31,342 nt of DNA from Calditrichia bacterium. GTDB taxonomy: Bacteria > Calditrichota > Calditrichia > RBG-13-44-9 > J075. The number at the start of each line of letters is the position of its first letter. The stretch's first letter is position 1. Below are positions 9,873 to 19,315 of this stretch, one piece after another. The notes under the pieces were generated by a model. That model saw nothing but the letters and a program-made list of their open reading frames with translations, made no database searches and was not told the origin of the DNA. The stretch lies in assembly GCA_050633245.1 (NCBI GenBank), contig JBOEGD010000014.1, forward strand, positions 158,516 to 189,857, read 5' to 3'. The translations under genes and the position numbers were made by a program.

Positions 9873-10505
9873 TTACATATCAAGAAACAGTGAGATATGC
9901 TTCCAAATAGCTTCCACGCTGTCTGTCATTTGATGATCTGTATTTAGCAGCACCAGTGAAGCCTGATTATTTTGCTGCATATAGGCAATGCTGAGCGAGT
10001 AGGGCACAGAATCGTCATGGATACCGTGCAGAAGCAATGTTGGTTGTGTCTTTTGAAAACTGACATCGTCATATTGACGCGCATCGTTTACGATATCATA
10101 ATTCAGCCTGCGGGTTTCGGCATATGCATAATGAAATACCTCGATATATCCTTTTTCCCGCCAGTTCTGCAAAATCTCCGGATCCAGCCGATCTATATAG
10201 CGGGCAGCAAAACGAAAAGCCGGAGCCAGGAGCACCAGCTTCTCTATTTTCTCGGTTCTTTCGGCCATCAGGGCAGCAAGAAATGCTCCCATACTCGATC
10301 CCATTAACGTTACACGTCCAGAGGTTTTGCTGATCAGCTGTTCCAGCTGTTTAAGCTGTCGGGAAAGTGTGAGCGTCGAAAAATCATCACCATTCAGATC
10401 AGGTGTTTGTAACTCAATCCCCTTTTCGGCAAAGCGCTTTCGCATATAGCTGCCTTTATACGAGTTCGCACCGGAGCAAAAGCCATGAAGATAAATATAT
10501 TCCAT
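9873..10505 (-). CDS. YqiA/YcfP-family alpha/beta esterase
   Basis: YLHGF-x-S...K; nucleophile elbow GSSMG; HG-x-x-DDSV; DH. Confidence 0.9.
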   Translation of the reverse strand: MEYIYLHGFCSGANSYKGSYMRKRFAEKGIELQTPDLNGDDFSTLTLSRQLKQLEQLISKTSGRVTLMGSSMGAFLAALMAERTEKIEKLVLLAPAFRFAARYIDRLDPEILQNWREKGYIEVFHYAYAETRRLNYDIVNDARQYDDVSFQKTQPTLLLHGIHDDSVPYSLSIAYMQQNNQASLVLLNTDHQMTDSVEAIWKHISLFLDM

Positions 10506-10910
10506 AGGACATTCCGTTGTTGATAAAGTGGCGATACCTGATATTGAAGGAATATAACGGTGGGGGGGCTGTTAGACAAAAATCGACAACAGATTGGAGC
10601 ATTGTCAGAATGGAGCAGTGTTGTGAGCTAGACAGCCTCTACCAGTACTTAGAAAAAAAGACGCAAATTTTTAATTGCTAAAAAATTTATTTTGGTTGCT
10701 GCCTGATTGTCGCCAAAGTTCGACGCCACACGGAACATATAGGAAAAACCGCAACACCTTTTAAAGCTATTCCAGTTGAAGAAAAACACGTGAATTTTGA
10801 AGCTCTTCTGGAATTACTTCACTTCACGCCATGATGCAGACTGAAGCTGAGCTTGGGAATAAACAAGCCAATTGGAGGGTTCATTAAGATGAACACTGGA
10901 AAAACAGTCT

Positions 10911-10977
10911 TGAGAAGGTTGGAGAAGATTGGAGCAGTTTGAAGAAGATTGGAGCAGTTTGGAAAACTGCTCCAATC
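10911..10977. repeat. 10-bp-period direct repeats ending in a perfect 14-bp hairpin
   Basis: TGAGAAGGTT GGAGAAGATT GGAGCAGTTT GAAGAAGATT GGAGCAGTTT; stem GATTGGAGCAGTTT(10947-60)/AAACTGCTCCAATC(10964-77). Confidence 0.8.
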
Positions 10978-10984
10978 GGGTAAG

Positions 10985-11518
10985 TTAAGATGCAGAGTCT
11001 TGTTTCATAGCTCGCTGACGTTTTAAATTACGACGCCCACGCAGCAACAAGCGCATGCCGATCAAAATAATCAGCAGCGGCCAAAGCAGCCGAACTTCCG
11101 ACATATCCAGCAAAAAAAGCAGCCCGACGGACGTAATTGCCAATCCACTAAAAAGCAGCGCCCCATCCCGTTTTCCCAACACATACATCGCCAGAAATCC
11201 CAGCCCCGGCCCGATTATAAAAAAGGCCCAAAGGTCATACCCGCCCATCATCCACCAACCATGAAGCGAGCAGTAGTAAAACAACGAACCGTATACCAGA
11301 AAAACGACCGCAGGAAAAACCGGAGCCACATTCGAGCGATTGGCAAACCAACGCATCCAAAACAGCCCACTAAGCCCTAACAACGCCAGTGGCCAGGCAC
11401 TGAAGATAGAATCTCGCAGATACGCCCAGGGAATTTCAACGACGTTAAAGTTCTGAGCCAAGAGCAATGCGCCAAAGGCAATTAGCAAAATCCCGGCAAT
11501 TGGTGAATGACTTTTCAT
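10985..11518 (-). CDS. Multi-pass membrane protein, LiaI/LiaF-TM (DUF5668-like) repeats
   Basis: GILLIAFGALLL...WPL and LWPLLIILIG repeats; AGGAG RBS favours ATG 11518. Confidence 0.75.
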   Translation of the reverse strand: MKSHSPIAGILLIAFGALLLAQNFNVVEIPWAYLRDSIFSAWPLALLGLSGLFWMRWFANRSNVAPVFPAVVFLVYGSLFYYCSLHGWWMMGGYDLWAFFIIGPGLGFLAMYVLGKRDGALLFSGLAITSVGLLFLLDMSEVRLLWPLLIILIGMRLLLRGRRNLKRQRAMKQDSAS

Positions 11519-11638
11519 ATGCTGACTCCTATTGAGAGGCAATTCAAGACTGCAATAAAACGCGCTTTAACGAAAAAAGCTGCGGTTAAACGAAAAAAGC
11601 AATTGTGACCTGATCTTCAAACGACCTGTCTAATAGAA

Positions 11639-11665
11639 TACGGTACATAACAAACATAAGTTGCA
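11639..11665 (-). promoter_or_regulatory. Possible ECF sigma promoter
   Basis: TGCAAC-N17-CGTA on the minus strand, upstream of a LiaF-like membrane gene. Confidence 0.4.
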
Positions 11666-11898
11666 GGCGAATTAGGCTCTGTTGATCATTTACTTTAAAG
11701 CTGAAAATTAGACCAAAACCATTATCCTATCTACTATTTATTACTTATATTTAGTTTTAGTTAAAACGCTTTAAAAAGTTGTCTGCAATCAGACATCTTA
11801 AGCCGGTCAAAAAATGATCGCGCTAAAATAGCACCTGCAATTATCACGGCCCCAAACGCCGTCGCAGACTAAAAATCAGCACGATGGAGGTATTACTC

Positions 11899-12300
11899 GT
11901 GAGTAAAGATCAGGGAAACGCTGGAAATATCGACCAAATTCGCTCGTTGATATTTGGCGACCAGATGCAAAATTATGAGTCTCGTTTCAACGAGCTTCAG
12001 GAAGAAGTAGGAACGCTTCGAAAAGAATTCAAACAGAGTGTCACCGAGCTGAAAAACATTATCGAAGGATTAAGATCCGATAACAACAAGTCGCTTGACA
12101 CACTACAGTCCCACCTCGAGAAATCTGAAAACACAATGCAGGACATGCTTAATGCCACCCAAAATAAACTGGATAACAGTATTCGTCAACTTTCGGATGA
12201 TGCTGTAAAGCGCGAAGATTTAATGCGCATCTTCGGAGAAGCAGCAACCCGACTTGAAGGCACTAAAACATCTGCATCAACAAACGGCAAGCCGGAATAA
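11899..12300 (+). CDS. Coiled-coil protein, first gene of the small-GTPase operon
   Basis: GGAGG RBS before GTG 11899; NIDQIRSLIFGDQMQNYESRF motif followed by heptad repeats. Confidence 0.8.
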   Translation: MSKDQGNAGNIDQIRSLIFGDQMQNYESRFNELQEEVGTLRKEFKQSVTELKNIIEGLRSDNNKSLDTLQSHLEKSENTMQDMLNATQNKLDNSIRQLSDDAVKREDLMRIFGEAATRLEGTKTSASTNGKPE

Positions 12301-12308
12301 GCACCTCA

Positions 12309-13175
12309 ATGGCCTCCGGAAACAAACAGCTGATGCGAGATGAGCGCTTCCAAACACTCAAGAACCTGCTTCTGGAAGAAGATCAAGAAAAAATTGAGCG
12401 GCTTGAAGAAGAGCTAAATCAGCTAAAGCTTGAGCTATCGGAAAAAGAGCGATTGCTTGAGCGATTTGACCCCATAGTGGGCGAATTGCTCAAGGACAAG
12501 CTTGCAAACTCGCGCAAGGAAATGGCCGATGCTATTGCCCCGCTTCTCGGCATGTCGATAAAAAAGCAGGTTACCGAAGCCCGTGAAGATATTGTAGACG
12601 CACTGTATCCTGCGATTGGACAAATGATTCGGCGCTCCGTAGCGGAATACATGAAGAAGATTGCACACGACATCAACGTCACCGTAAATCAGGGGTTTTC
12701 TCCAAACGTTTGGTTTAGCTGGATTAAAGCCAAAATTTTTCGCATAGACCCGGCAAAGGTAATTCTCGCGGAAAGCATGCCTCTCGAAATAGAGGAAGTG
12801 TATCTGATATCCAAAGGCTCCGGTTTACTAATCGCCCATGTTAACGGAAATGAAAACAACGTAAACATAAACAACGCACAGATTGTTGGTGGTATGCTAA
12901 CCGCAATAAAATCCTTCGCAGAAGATGCCTTTGCCAGTTCCGAAGGTGACGAGCTACATGAAATTAATTACAGCGGCCGTACGATTTTGCTGGACTCCGG
13001 CAGACATTCCTACCTCGCCGCCGTTTACCGCAATGTCGCCCCATCCGGATTTGGTCAAAGGCTGAGTGACTGTCACAATCAAATTCACAAGCGTTATTTT
13101 CGCCAGCTGCGCGACTACAACGGCAATAACTCAACGATGCCGGGCATTGAAGCCAACTTGAAATCAATCCTATGA
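12309..13175 (+). CDS. Coiled-coil/helical-repeat protein with C-terminal Roadblock/MglB(longin)-like domain
   Basis: DAIAP/DALYP helical repeats; EVYLISKGSGLLIAH...VGGMLTAIKSFAEDAF...ELHEI pattern. Confidence 0.7.
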   Translation: MASGNKQLMRDERFQTLKNLLLEEDQEKIERLEEELNQLKLELSEKERLLERFDPIVGELLKDKLANSRKEMADAIAPLLGMSIKKQVTEAREDIVDALYPAIGQMIRRSVAEYMKKIAHDINVTVNQGFSPNVWFSWIKAKIFRIDPAKVILAESMPLEIEEVYLISKGSGLLIAHVNGNENNVNINNAQIVGGMLTAIKSFAEDAFASSEGDELHEINYSGRTILLDSGRHSYLAAVYRNVAPSGFGQRLSDCHNQIHKRYFRQLRDYNGNNSTMPGIEANLKSIL

Positions 13176-13194
13176 AATGTTGTGACGACTTCTC

Positions 13195-13722
13195 ATGAGT
13201 AATCAATTACTACAAAAAAAAATCTGCATGCTCGGTATTTTCGGTGTGGGTAAAACCAGCCTTACACGCCGCTTTGTGCACGACATGTTTGATGACAAAT
13301 ATCTCTCTACTATTGGAGTAAAAGTCTCGCAAAAGCTGCTTCCTCCGGTAGATGCCGGCAACGGAGAGTGCAAACAGTTCAATTTCATGATCTGGGATAT
13401 TGAAGGCATCGAAAATCCCTCCCCGGCGATTCGCAACTACCTGATCGGTTCTCAGGGGGCAATTATCATCTGCGACCTAACCCGGGAAGAGAGCATCGAA
13501 GCAATTCCGGCAACTATTCATCTTTTTCATCAAACCTGCCCCGATGGCGTGGTTGTTCTCGCAGGAAACAAATGTGACTTGCTGGAAGATTTCACAAAGC
13601 CGGCCAAACGTCTTCAGGAGATTGCAGATGAGACAAATTCATCCTCGTATCTGACGAGTGCTAAAAACGGTCAGAATGTTGAGCAGGTTTTTTTGCAGCT
13701 TGGCCTGCTAATTGCTAAGTAA
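13195..13722 (+). CDS. Rab/Ras-like small GTPase (prokaryotic Rup-type)
   Basis: G1 GIFGVGKTS, G2 YLSTIG, G3 WDIEG, G4 NKCD, G5 TSAK; 175 aa single domain. Confidence 0.9.
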   Translation: MSNQLLQKKICMLGIFGVGKTSLTRRFVHDMFDDKYLSTIGVKVSQKLLPPVDAGNGECKQFNFMIWDIEGIENPSPAIRNYLIGSQGAIIICDLTREESIEAIPATIHLFHQTCPDGVVVLAGNKCDLLEDFTKPAKRLQEIADETNSSSYLTSAKNGQNVEQVFLQLGLLIAK

Positions 13723-13728
13723 GTCCTC

Positions 13729-15105
13729 ATGGATACAACCTTCTTACATCGAATATTCGAACACAGCGGTTTCGGTTGCGCTACGCTTACAGAGGACTGG
13801 CGAATCGTTGCAGCGAATAAACGCTTCTCCCAATTCAGCGTTGGTCCCGGTAATCCAGAAGACGTTCCCATTCAGACACTATTCCCAGAGACTTTTGGCC
13901 TGGACGCTGTTTTTAAGCAGCTGAAAAGCGGAGAACGACAGTTATTCAAGCTGGAAAATCTGAATCGCGACTCCGGCAATCAGGAACTCACTTACTTTTC
14001 AATGAGCTTCTTTTCCACTGAGAACGAAGAGAATCCGATCCTTTGTATTATCGAAGATGCCACGCCACGCGCTGTACTTGATCAAAGAATCTATCAGCAG
14101 CGCAATGAAATTCGCTTGCTGGAGAGCCTGCTTGGCACAACCGGCAGCTCAATCGCCACCAGCATTCTCGGACAGTCTGAGCCTATCAATGTAGTTCGTC
14201 AAACGATCGAGAAGATGAGTAAAATCCCCTCTGCCAATATCCTGTTAACGGGTGAAAGCGGGACCGGAAAGAGCATGATTGCACGGGTAATTCATCGCTC
14301 CTCGCAAGGTGACAATCACCCTTTTGTTGAGATAAACTGTGCGGCAATTCCCGAAACATTGCTGGAATCCGAGCTCTTCGGATATGAAAAGGGCGCATTT
14401 ACCAACGCAACCAACACCAAACGCGGACTGTTAGAAGAAGCAGACAATGGCACCCTCTTTCTGGACGAAATAGGTGAATTGCCTCTGAAGCTACAGGCAA
14501 AATTATTGTCCTTTCTCGAAACCAAGCGCTTCAGAAGACTCGGTAGTACCACTGAGCTCAGCGTCAAGCTACGCCTGATTACTGCTTCAAATCGCAGTTT
14601 GCCCGACATGGTTACAGAGGGTAACTTTCGTGAAGATCTGTTCTATCGCCTGAATGTGGTAAAAATAGAGTTGCCGAACTTACGCGGGTTAGGAAACGAT
14701 ATTTTGATCATTGCAGCGAATTTTATTAGCGTATTTAACCGCGATTTCAATAAATCCATAGAAGGATTGACGTCAGAAGCGACCAAAAAGCTTTTGGATT
14801 ACAGATGGCCCGGCAATATCCGTGAGTTACGCAACGCCATCGAGCGAGCAATGATATTCGCCGAAGGCGAAACAATTGATGCAGAAGACCTGCAGCTTGG
14901 TACGCTTCAACTTTCGAAAAGTCCTCTCTCTCCTCTTGATGCTTTTGATCTGCCTCCGGAAGGCCTTTCCTTTGTCGATCTCGAAAAGAAGATCTTACAG
15001 CAGGCCATGGATATGTGTAGCGGAAATCAATCTCGTGCGGCGCAACTCCTGCAGCTTAGCCGTGATACTTTCAGATATCGACTCGAAAAATACGACCTTT
15101 TATAA
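13729..15105 (+). CDS. PAS-domain sigma-54 enhancer-binding protein
   Basis: N-terminal PAS-like region; GESGTGKS; GAFTNA; FLDEI; WPGNIREL; Fis-type HTH. Confidence 0.92.
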   Translation: MDTTFLHRIFEHSGFGCATLTEDWRIVAANKRFSQFSVGPGNPEDVPIQTLFPETFGLDAVFKQLKSGERQLFKLENLNRDSGNQELTYFSMSFFSTENEENPILCIIEDATPRAVLDQRIYQQRNEIRLLESLLGTTGSSIATSILGQSEPINVVRQTIEKMSKIPSANILLTGESGTGKSMIARVIHRSSQGDNHPFVEINCAAIPETLLESELFGYEKGAFTNATNTKRGLLEEADNGTLFLDEIGELPLKLQAKLLSFLETKRFRRLGSTTELSVKLRLITASNRSLPDMVTEGNFREDLFYRLNVVKIELPNLRGLGNDILIIAANFISVFNRDFNKSIEGLTSEATKKLLDYRWPGNIRELRNAIERAMIFAEGETIDAEDLQLGTLQLSKSPLSPLDAFDLPPEGLSFVDLEKKILQQAMDMCSGNQSRAAQLLQLSRDTFRYRLEKYDLL

Positions 15106-15113
15106 ACGTCAGA

Positions 15114-15161
15114 CTGTGGCATATCACCCAAGCGCCCCACAACCTGTGGGATATAACGCAA
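15114..15161. promoter_or_regulatory. Tandem 18-bp sites, putative enhancer for the PAS-bEBP
   Basis: CTGTGGCATATCACCCAA (15114) and CTGTGGGATATAACGCAA (15144): 15/18 identical, 30-bp period, TGTG-N8-C(G/C)CA dyad-like. Confidence 0.6.
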
Positions 15162-15288
15162 ATTCGCAAACTCAATCCCCCCCGCAAAACCTCGACAGGA
15201 AGTCATTTTTGAGAAAAATGTCAAAAAACACACCTGAATGGCGATTTTTAATGACAATTTTCACAATCTTCGGTCTGAATAAGTGAAA

Positions 15289-15304
15289 TGGCATACAATT
15301 TGAC
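15289..15304 (+). promoter_or_regulatory. Putative sigma-54 (-24/-12) promoter
   Basis: TGGCATACAATTTGAC = GG-N10-GA, about 40 nt upstream of ATG 15344. Confidence 0.65.
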
Positions 15305-15343
15305 CCCATAATCGCTAAGAACATGTGTGATGGAGAGTTAAAA

Positions 15344-16528
15344 ATGAATCGAACAGTATTACTATTAGTTGGTATTCTCGCATTCCTGATATTAGGATAC
15401 ATTTGCATTTATTCAAATGGACATCCAGAGGAAATCCAGTCAGATTTGTTAGCGCGCTCTAGTGAAGCGTTACAAACTGAGAACATCTCCGCTGTGGCAC
15501 TCACTGCCGACGCAGTCGATCAGGCTTCACCTGCTTCCGCTGGAACCATGCGGCTGGTAATGGATGGACGCGATGCAACTCTCGAAGGCTGGGCCGGCTC
15601 GAAGGCTATTGCCAATAAAGCGGCTGAAACTATAAGCGCCGTTTACGGCATTAACAACGTAACAAATAACTTAAAAATCGGTGGTGAGGTCGATCTAGAC
15701 TTTCTGGCAAAGCTTAGATCTATGGTTAACAGCGACGCATTCGCTAACATTAGCGGCCTAAGTGATGAAGACCTTGCATCGTTTCGATCACTGAAAGATA
15801 CCGATTTGCTGGAGAAGCTTCGCGCAACTGCTGATGGCGACATGCTTGCCAAGCTAAAGGATATGAGCGACCTGGAGTTTCTTAAGCTTTTTCCGTTTGC
15901 CGTAAGCTCATTAAGCGACAGATGGAAAACAATGCCAGATATCAGTCTAATGGACAAGTTAAAAAGCTTATCCGGCATCGACTTGATAAAAACCCTCAAA
16001 GAGCTTTCCGCAAAAGAATTAATCCGTCTCAAGGGTCTGCCAGACAGCGACCTGCTTGCAGGACTACGATCACTATTTAACGCAAATTTTCTATCACGCC
16101 TGCGCGATCTGTTTAGCTCTCGCCTGAAGATAGAAGCGCCGGAGCTGTCTGAGGATGGACAAAAAGCACAGCTGGCCTTTAATGAGGCGTTGAAGGGTAA
16201 GCGTATTCAATTCGAGACCGCAAGCTCCGTTATTCGCCCGGTGAGCTATCCGATTATTGAGGAAATCATTGCCATTCTTTCACGCTATCCGGAAATGAAT
16301 CTGGAAGTAGGCGGACATACCGACTCTCGTGGAAAAAACGTTTCTAACCTGCAGCTGAGTAAAGAACGTGCTGAAGCGGTGCAAAGCTATATGACCAATA
16401 AGGGCGTAAAGACCAATCGCCTGGCCGCCAAAGGGTTTGGCCACAAACGTCCCATCGCGAGTAATGCAAGCGCAGCCGGACGCAAATTGAACAGAAGAGT
16501 TGAATTTAAGGTTTTGGAGGTAAACTAA
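15344..16528 (+). CDS. Membrane-anchored BON + helical repeats + OmpA-C peptidoglycan-binding protein
   Basis: N-terminal TM; DGRDATLEG...GINNVTNNL (BON); GHTDSRG...NLQLSKERAEAV...NRRVEF (OmpA-C); GGAGAG RBS. Confidence 0.88.
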   Translation: MNRTVLLLVGILAFLILGYICIYSNGHPEEIQSDLLARSSEALQTENISAVALTADAVDQASPASAGTMRLVMDGRDATLEGWAGSKAIANKAAETISAVYGINNVTNNLKIGGEVDLDFLAKLRSMVNSDAFANISGLSDEDLASFRSLKDTDLLEKLRATADGDMLAKLKDMSDLEFLKLFPFAVSSLSDRWKTMPDISLMDKLKSLSGIDLIKTLKELSAKELIRLKGLPDSDLLAGLRSLFNANFLSRLRDLFSSRLKIEAPELSEDGQKAQLAFNEALKGKRIQFETASSVIRPVSYPIIEEIIAILSRYPEMNLEVGGHTDSRGKNVSNLQLSKERAEAVQSYMTNKGVKTNRLAAKGFGHKRPIASNASAAGRKLNRRVEFKVLEVN

Positions 16529-16529
16529 T

Positions 16530-17018
16530 ATGGGATATCTGGTAACGCAAATTTGGCTATGCCTGCTACTGGCATTCTTGCTGGGGCTGCTAATCGGCTG
16601 GTTAATTGCCCGCTGGAGCAACAAAAATAAAATCACATATCTGGAAAATATTTGGAAGGCGAATCTGTACAGCCGTGAAGAGGATCTGAAAACGGCTAAT
16701 GTAGAACTCGACACGCTTAGGCTAAAAATCGCGGACCTTGAATCGCGTCCGGTCGTTGCTGCGGGACCTGTTTTTCCCGATGAGGCTACTGAAGTACGGG
16801 ATGACTTAAAGCTGATTTATGGTGTTGGTCCATTTATTGAAAAGCGTCTGAATGAGCTTGGCATTATGAAGTTTCGCCATGTGGCACAGTTTACGGATGA
16901 TAAAATCGATGAAATTAAAGATCAAATCGGGCCATTTAAAGAGCGAATTCGTCGCGATGGATGGGTTAAGCACGCACAAATGCTTTATAAAGAGAAATAT
17001 GGAAAAGACCTGAGCTAA
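16530..17018 (+). CDS. Membrane-anchored coiled-coil protein with C-terminal helix-hairpin-helix domain
   Basis: TM helix LLLAFLLGLLIGWLI; DDLKLIYGVGPFIEKRLNELGI...RIRRDGWVKHA. Confidence 0.8.
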   Translation: MGYLVTQIWLCLLLAFLLGLLIGWLIARWSNKNKITYLENIWKANLYSREEDLKTANVELDTLRLKIADLESRPVVAAGPVFPDEATEVRDDLKLIYGVGPFIEKRLNELGIMKFRHVAQFTDDKIDEIKDQIGPFKERIRRDGWVKHAQMLYKEKYGKDLS

Positions 17019-17028
17019 GAATTACGCG

Positions 17029-17060
17029 ATTGAGGAAGCATAGCGTCTTCCTCAATTTTT
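17029..17060 (+). terminator. Rho-independent terminator
   Basis: ATTGAGGAAG...CTTCCTCAAT followed by a T-tract, just after stop 17018. Confidence 0.8.
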
Positions 17061-17458
17061 GAGGAGAGATTGTTCGGCGATGAAGGTACGTGTATTAACC
17101 TTCTTACCGAGAACTTTAGAATGGTAAAAAGCTGTGAAATTGTGGATTTTTCATAATGTTCGTATTAAATGATTAAATACATTAAATCTTGAACTTTACA
17201 GAAAAAAGTGATAACCTTTATCCACAACACCGCAAATCACAAAGAAAGACCGCTCCAGAGAGAATCTACTCAAAAAAACAATCATTGGGAAAATATCGAA
17301 TTTTATTTTTACGATACGTGTGATGTTCGTATATTCTCGGGCTATATAGGAATAATGATAGGGATGTACCACGTCCCGAAGTCATTTAAGAGACACTATA
17401 GAAAAGCAGAAACTTAAACTATTTATTACATCCTAACTAATTTATAAGGAGAAGTTAT

Positions 17459-18970
17459 ATGTCAAAACGTTATCTAGTAGTATTGATTGCGATTTCAATG
17501 CTGGCTACGACCTTCTCGGCTCTGGCTCAGTTTAAAGCAAACACCCTTGGTGGTGGTGCCGCAATTGGTACGACCATTGGTGACACAGACTTTGGACGTG
17601 ATGATGAAGGCGCAACTAATTTTCGCGCATTCCTTCGCCATAGCCTGGCAGACAAACTCGAAGCTGAAGTTGGTGCTGGAATTGCAAGCGGCCTGAACGG
17701 TGAAGATTACGAAACGCAGATGCTGCCGATCGACTTTCGCCTGTTATATCGTCCGTTTGAATTAACTGGTCTCAGCCCATATGTATTCGCTGGTGCCGGA
17801 GCAATCCGCTATGATGTTCGCGACGTTCCTGCAACTGCTACCGCAGATGCAGAGCTCGACGGATGGATGGGTTATGCTCCGCTGGGTGCTGGTGTTCAGA
17901 TTCGTCTAAATGACTACACCTCTTTTGAGATTCAAGGAACTTATGGGCTTGCATTTGATGACGAGCTGGAAGGCGTTGTTGCTGATGGCAACGATAAATT
18001 CTACAGCTTGACTGCTGGTCTTACCATGGCTGGTTTCGACGGCAACGCCGATCCGGACATGGATGGTCTTACGAATAGCGAAGAGAAGAAACTCGGAACC
18101 GATCCGCAGGTTGCCGACACCGATGGTGACGGTCTATTAGACGGTGAAGAATTCAATACGTATAAGACCGACCCGCTGAATCCTGATAGCGACAGCGACG
18201 GACTATCCGACAGCGAAGAAGTGAAGACTCATAAAACGAATCCGAACAGCGCCGACTCTGATGATGATACTCTTGGTGACAAGGACGAAGTTATGACCCA
18301 CGGTACCGACCCGAACAAGGCCGACACCGATGGCGACGGACTATCCGACCCGGATGAGTTGAACACTCACACCACCGATCCGAAGATGGCCGATATGGAC
18401 AAAGACGGTCTGAACGACGGTAAAGAGGTTAACGATACTAAAACCGATCCGAAGAACGCTGACACTGATGGTGATGGCCTCAACGACGGTGACGAAGTAA
18501 TGACTCACAAGTCCGATCCGATGAATGTTGACACTGACGCCGGTTCTGTTAATGACGGTGCTGAAGTTGCTCGCGGAACCAATCCGCTGGTTGCCTCCGA
18601 CGACGTTATTATCGAGGTTAAAGAAGTTGGTGCTCCAATCATTCTGGACGGTGTGGTATTTGCCACTGGTAAAGCAGACATTACCGATGCTTCCGCAGAA
18701 ATCCTGGAAAAAGCTTACAACACCATGCTGGCTTATCCGGAACTGGAAGTAGAGATTCATGGTTATACCGACAGCCAGGGTGGCGCACGTAGCAACCAGC
18801 GTCTTTCCAAGCGTCGTGCCGACTCCGTTCGCGCATGGCTCCTGCAGAAAGGTGTAGATCCTGCACGCGTAGCTGCTAAAGGTTTTGGCGAAGACAATCC
18901 GATTGCAGATAACGCTACTGCTGAAGGTCGTCAAGCTAACCGCCGCATCGAGTTTGTTCGCTCTAAGTAA
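17459..18970 (+). CDS. OmpA-family outer membrane protein (beta-barrel, Ca-binding DxDGDGL repeats, OmpA-C)
   Basis: Signal peptide; 8-strand-type barrel; about eight 23-aa DTDGDGLxDGxE...TDP repeats; GYTDSQG...NQRLSKRRA...NRRIEF. Confidence 0.92.
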   Translation: MSKRYLVVLIAISMLATTFSALAQFKANTLGGGAAIGTTIGDTDFGRDDEGATNFRAFLRHSLADKLEAEVGAGIASGLNGEDYETQMLPIDFRLLYRPFELTGLSPYVFAGAGAIRYDVRDVPATATADAELDGWMGYAPLGAGVQIRLNDYTSFEIQGTYGLAFDDELEGVVADGNDKFYSLTAGLTMAGFDGNADPDMDGLTNSEEKKLGTDPQVADTDGDGLLDGEEFNTYKTDPLNPDSDSDGLSDSEEVKTHKTNPNSADSDDDTLGDKDEVMTHGTDPNKADTDGDGLSDPDELNTHTTDPKMADMDKDGLNDGKEVNDTKTDPKNADTDGDGLNDGDEVMTHKSDPMNVDTDAGSVNDGAEVARGTNPLVASDDVIIEVKEVGAPIILDGVVFATGKADITDASAEILEKAYNTMLAYPELEVEIHGYTDSQGGARSNQRLSKRRADSVRAWLLQKGVDPARVAAKGFGEDNPIADNATAEGRQANRRIEFVRSK

Positions 18971-18990
18971 TAGCGAATCAAATTAGTTTC

Positions 18991-19028
18991 AAAAGGCCTC
19001 GTCCGATTATCGGGCGAGGCCTTTTTTA
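18991..19028 (+). terminator. Rho-independent terminator
   Basis: AAAAGGCCTCGTCCGA-TTA-TCGGGCGAGGCCTTTTTT. Confidence 0.9.
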
Positions 19029-19315
19029 TACCTGCTGCTGCTCAAGCGTACAAACGGCCTATGCAACAGCAGATTAATGTGGTATTTTATTTCAAAAAAC
19101 GATACTTTAGTCACTGTTGTAGCGCCTCTCATAAATCGTAAACAACACAACAATCCGCACTGAGAGCTCTACTTTAACTGCCCCTGATTGCTTGTTAAGC
19201 ATGGATGGCAGCGTGTGACTTTTTTATGTGTGTCGGGTCTGAAAGAACAGAAAATGAGACAAGAATCCATTTAAGCATAACTAAACGTATATACTCAAAT
19301 GAAAGGTAATTCAAG

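Noticed and set aside
17218-17226. DnaA box TTATCCACA suggesting oriC
   Set aside because: Single perfect box; other copies lie scattered inside genes; no dnaA context
17208-17417. 69-aa ORF upstream of the OmpA gene (also ORF 9054-9329)
   Set aside because: No RBS or recognisable motifs; they lie in probable promoter regions
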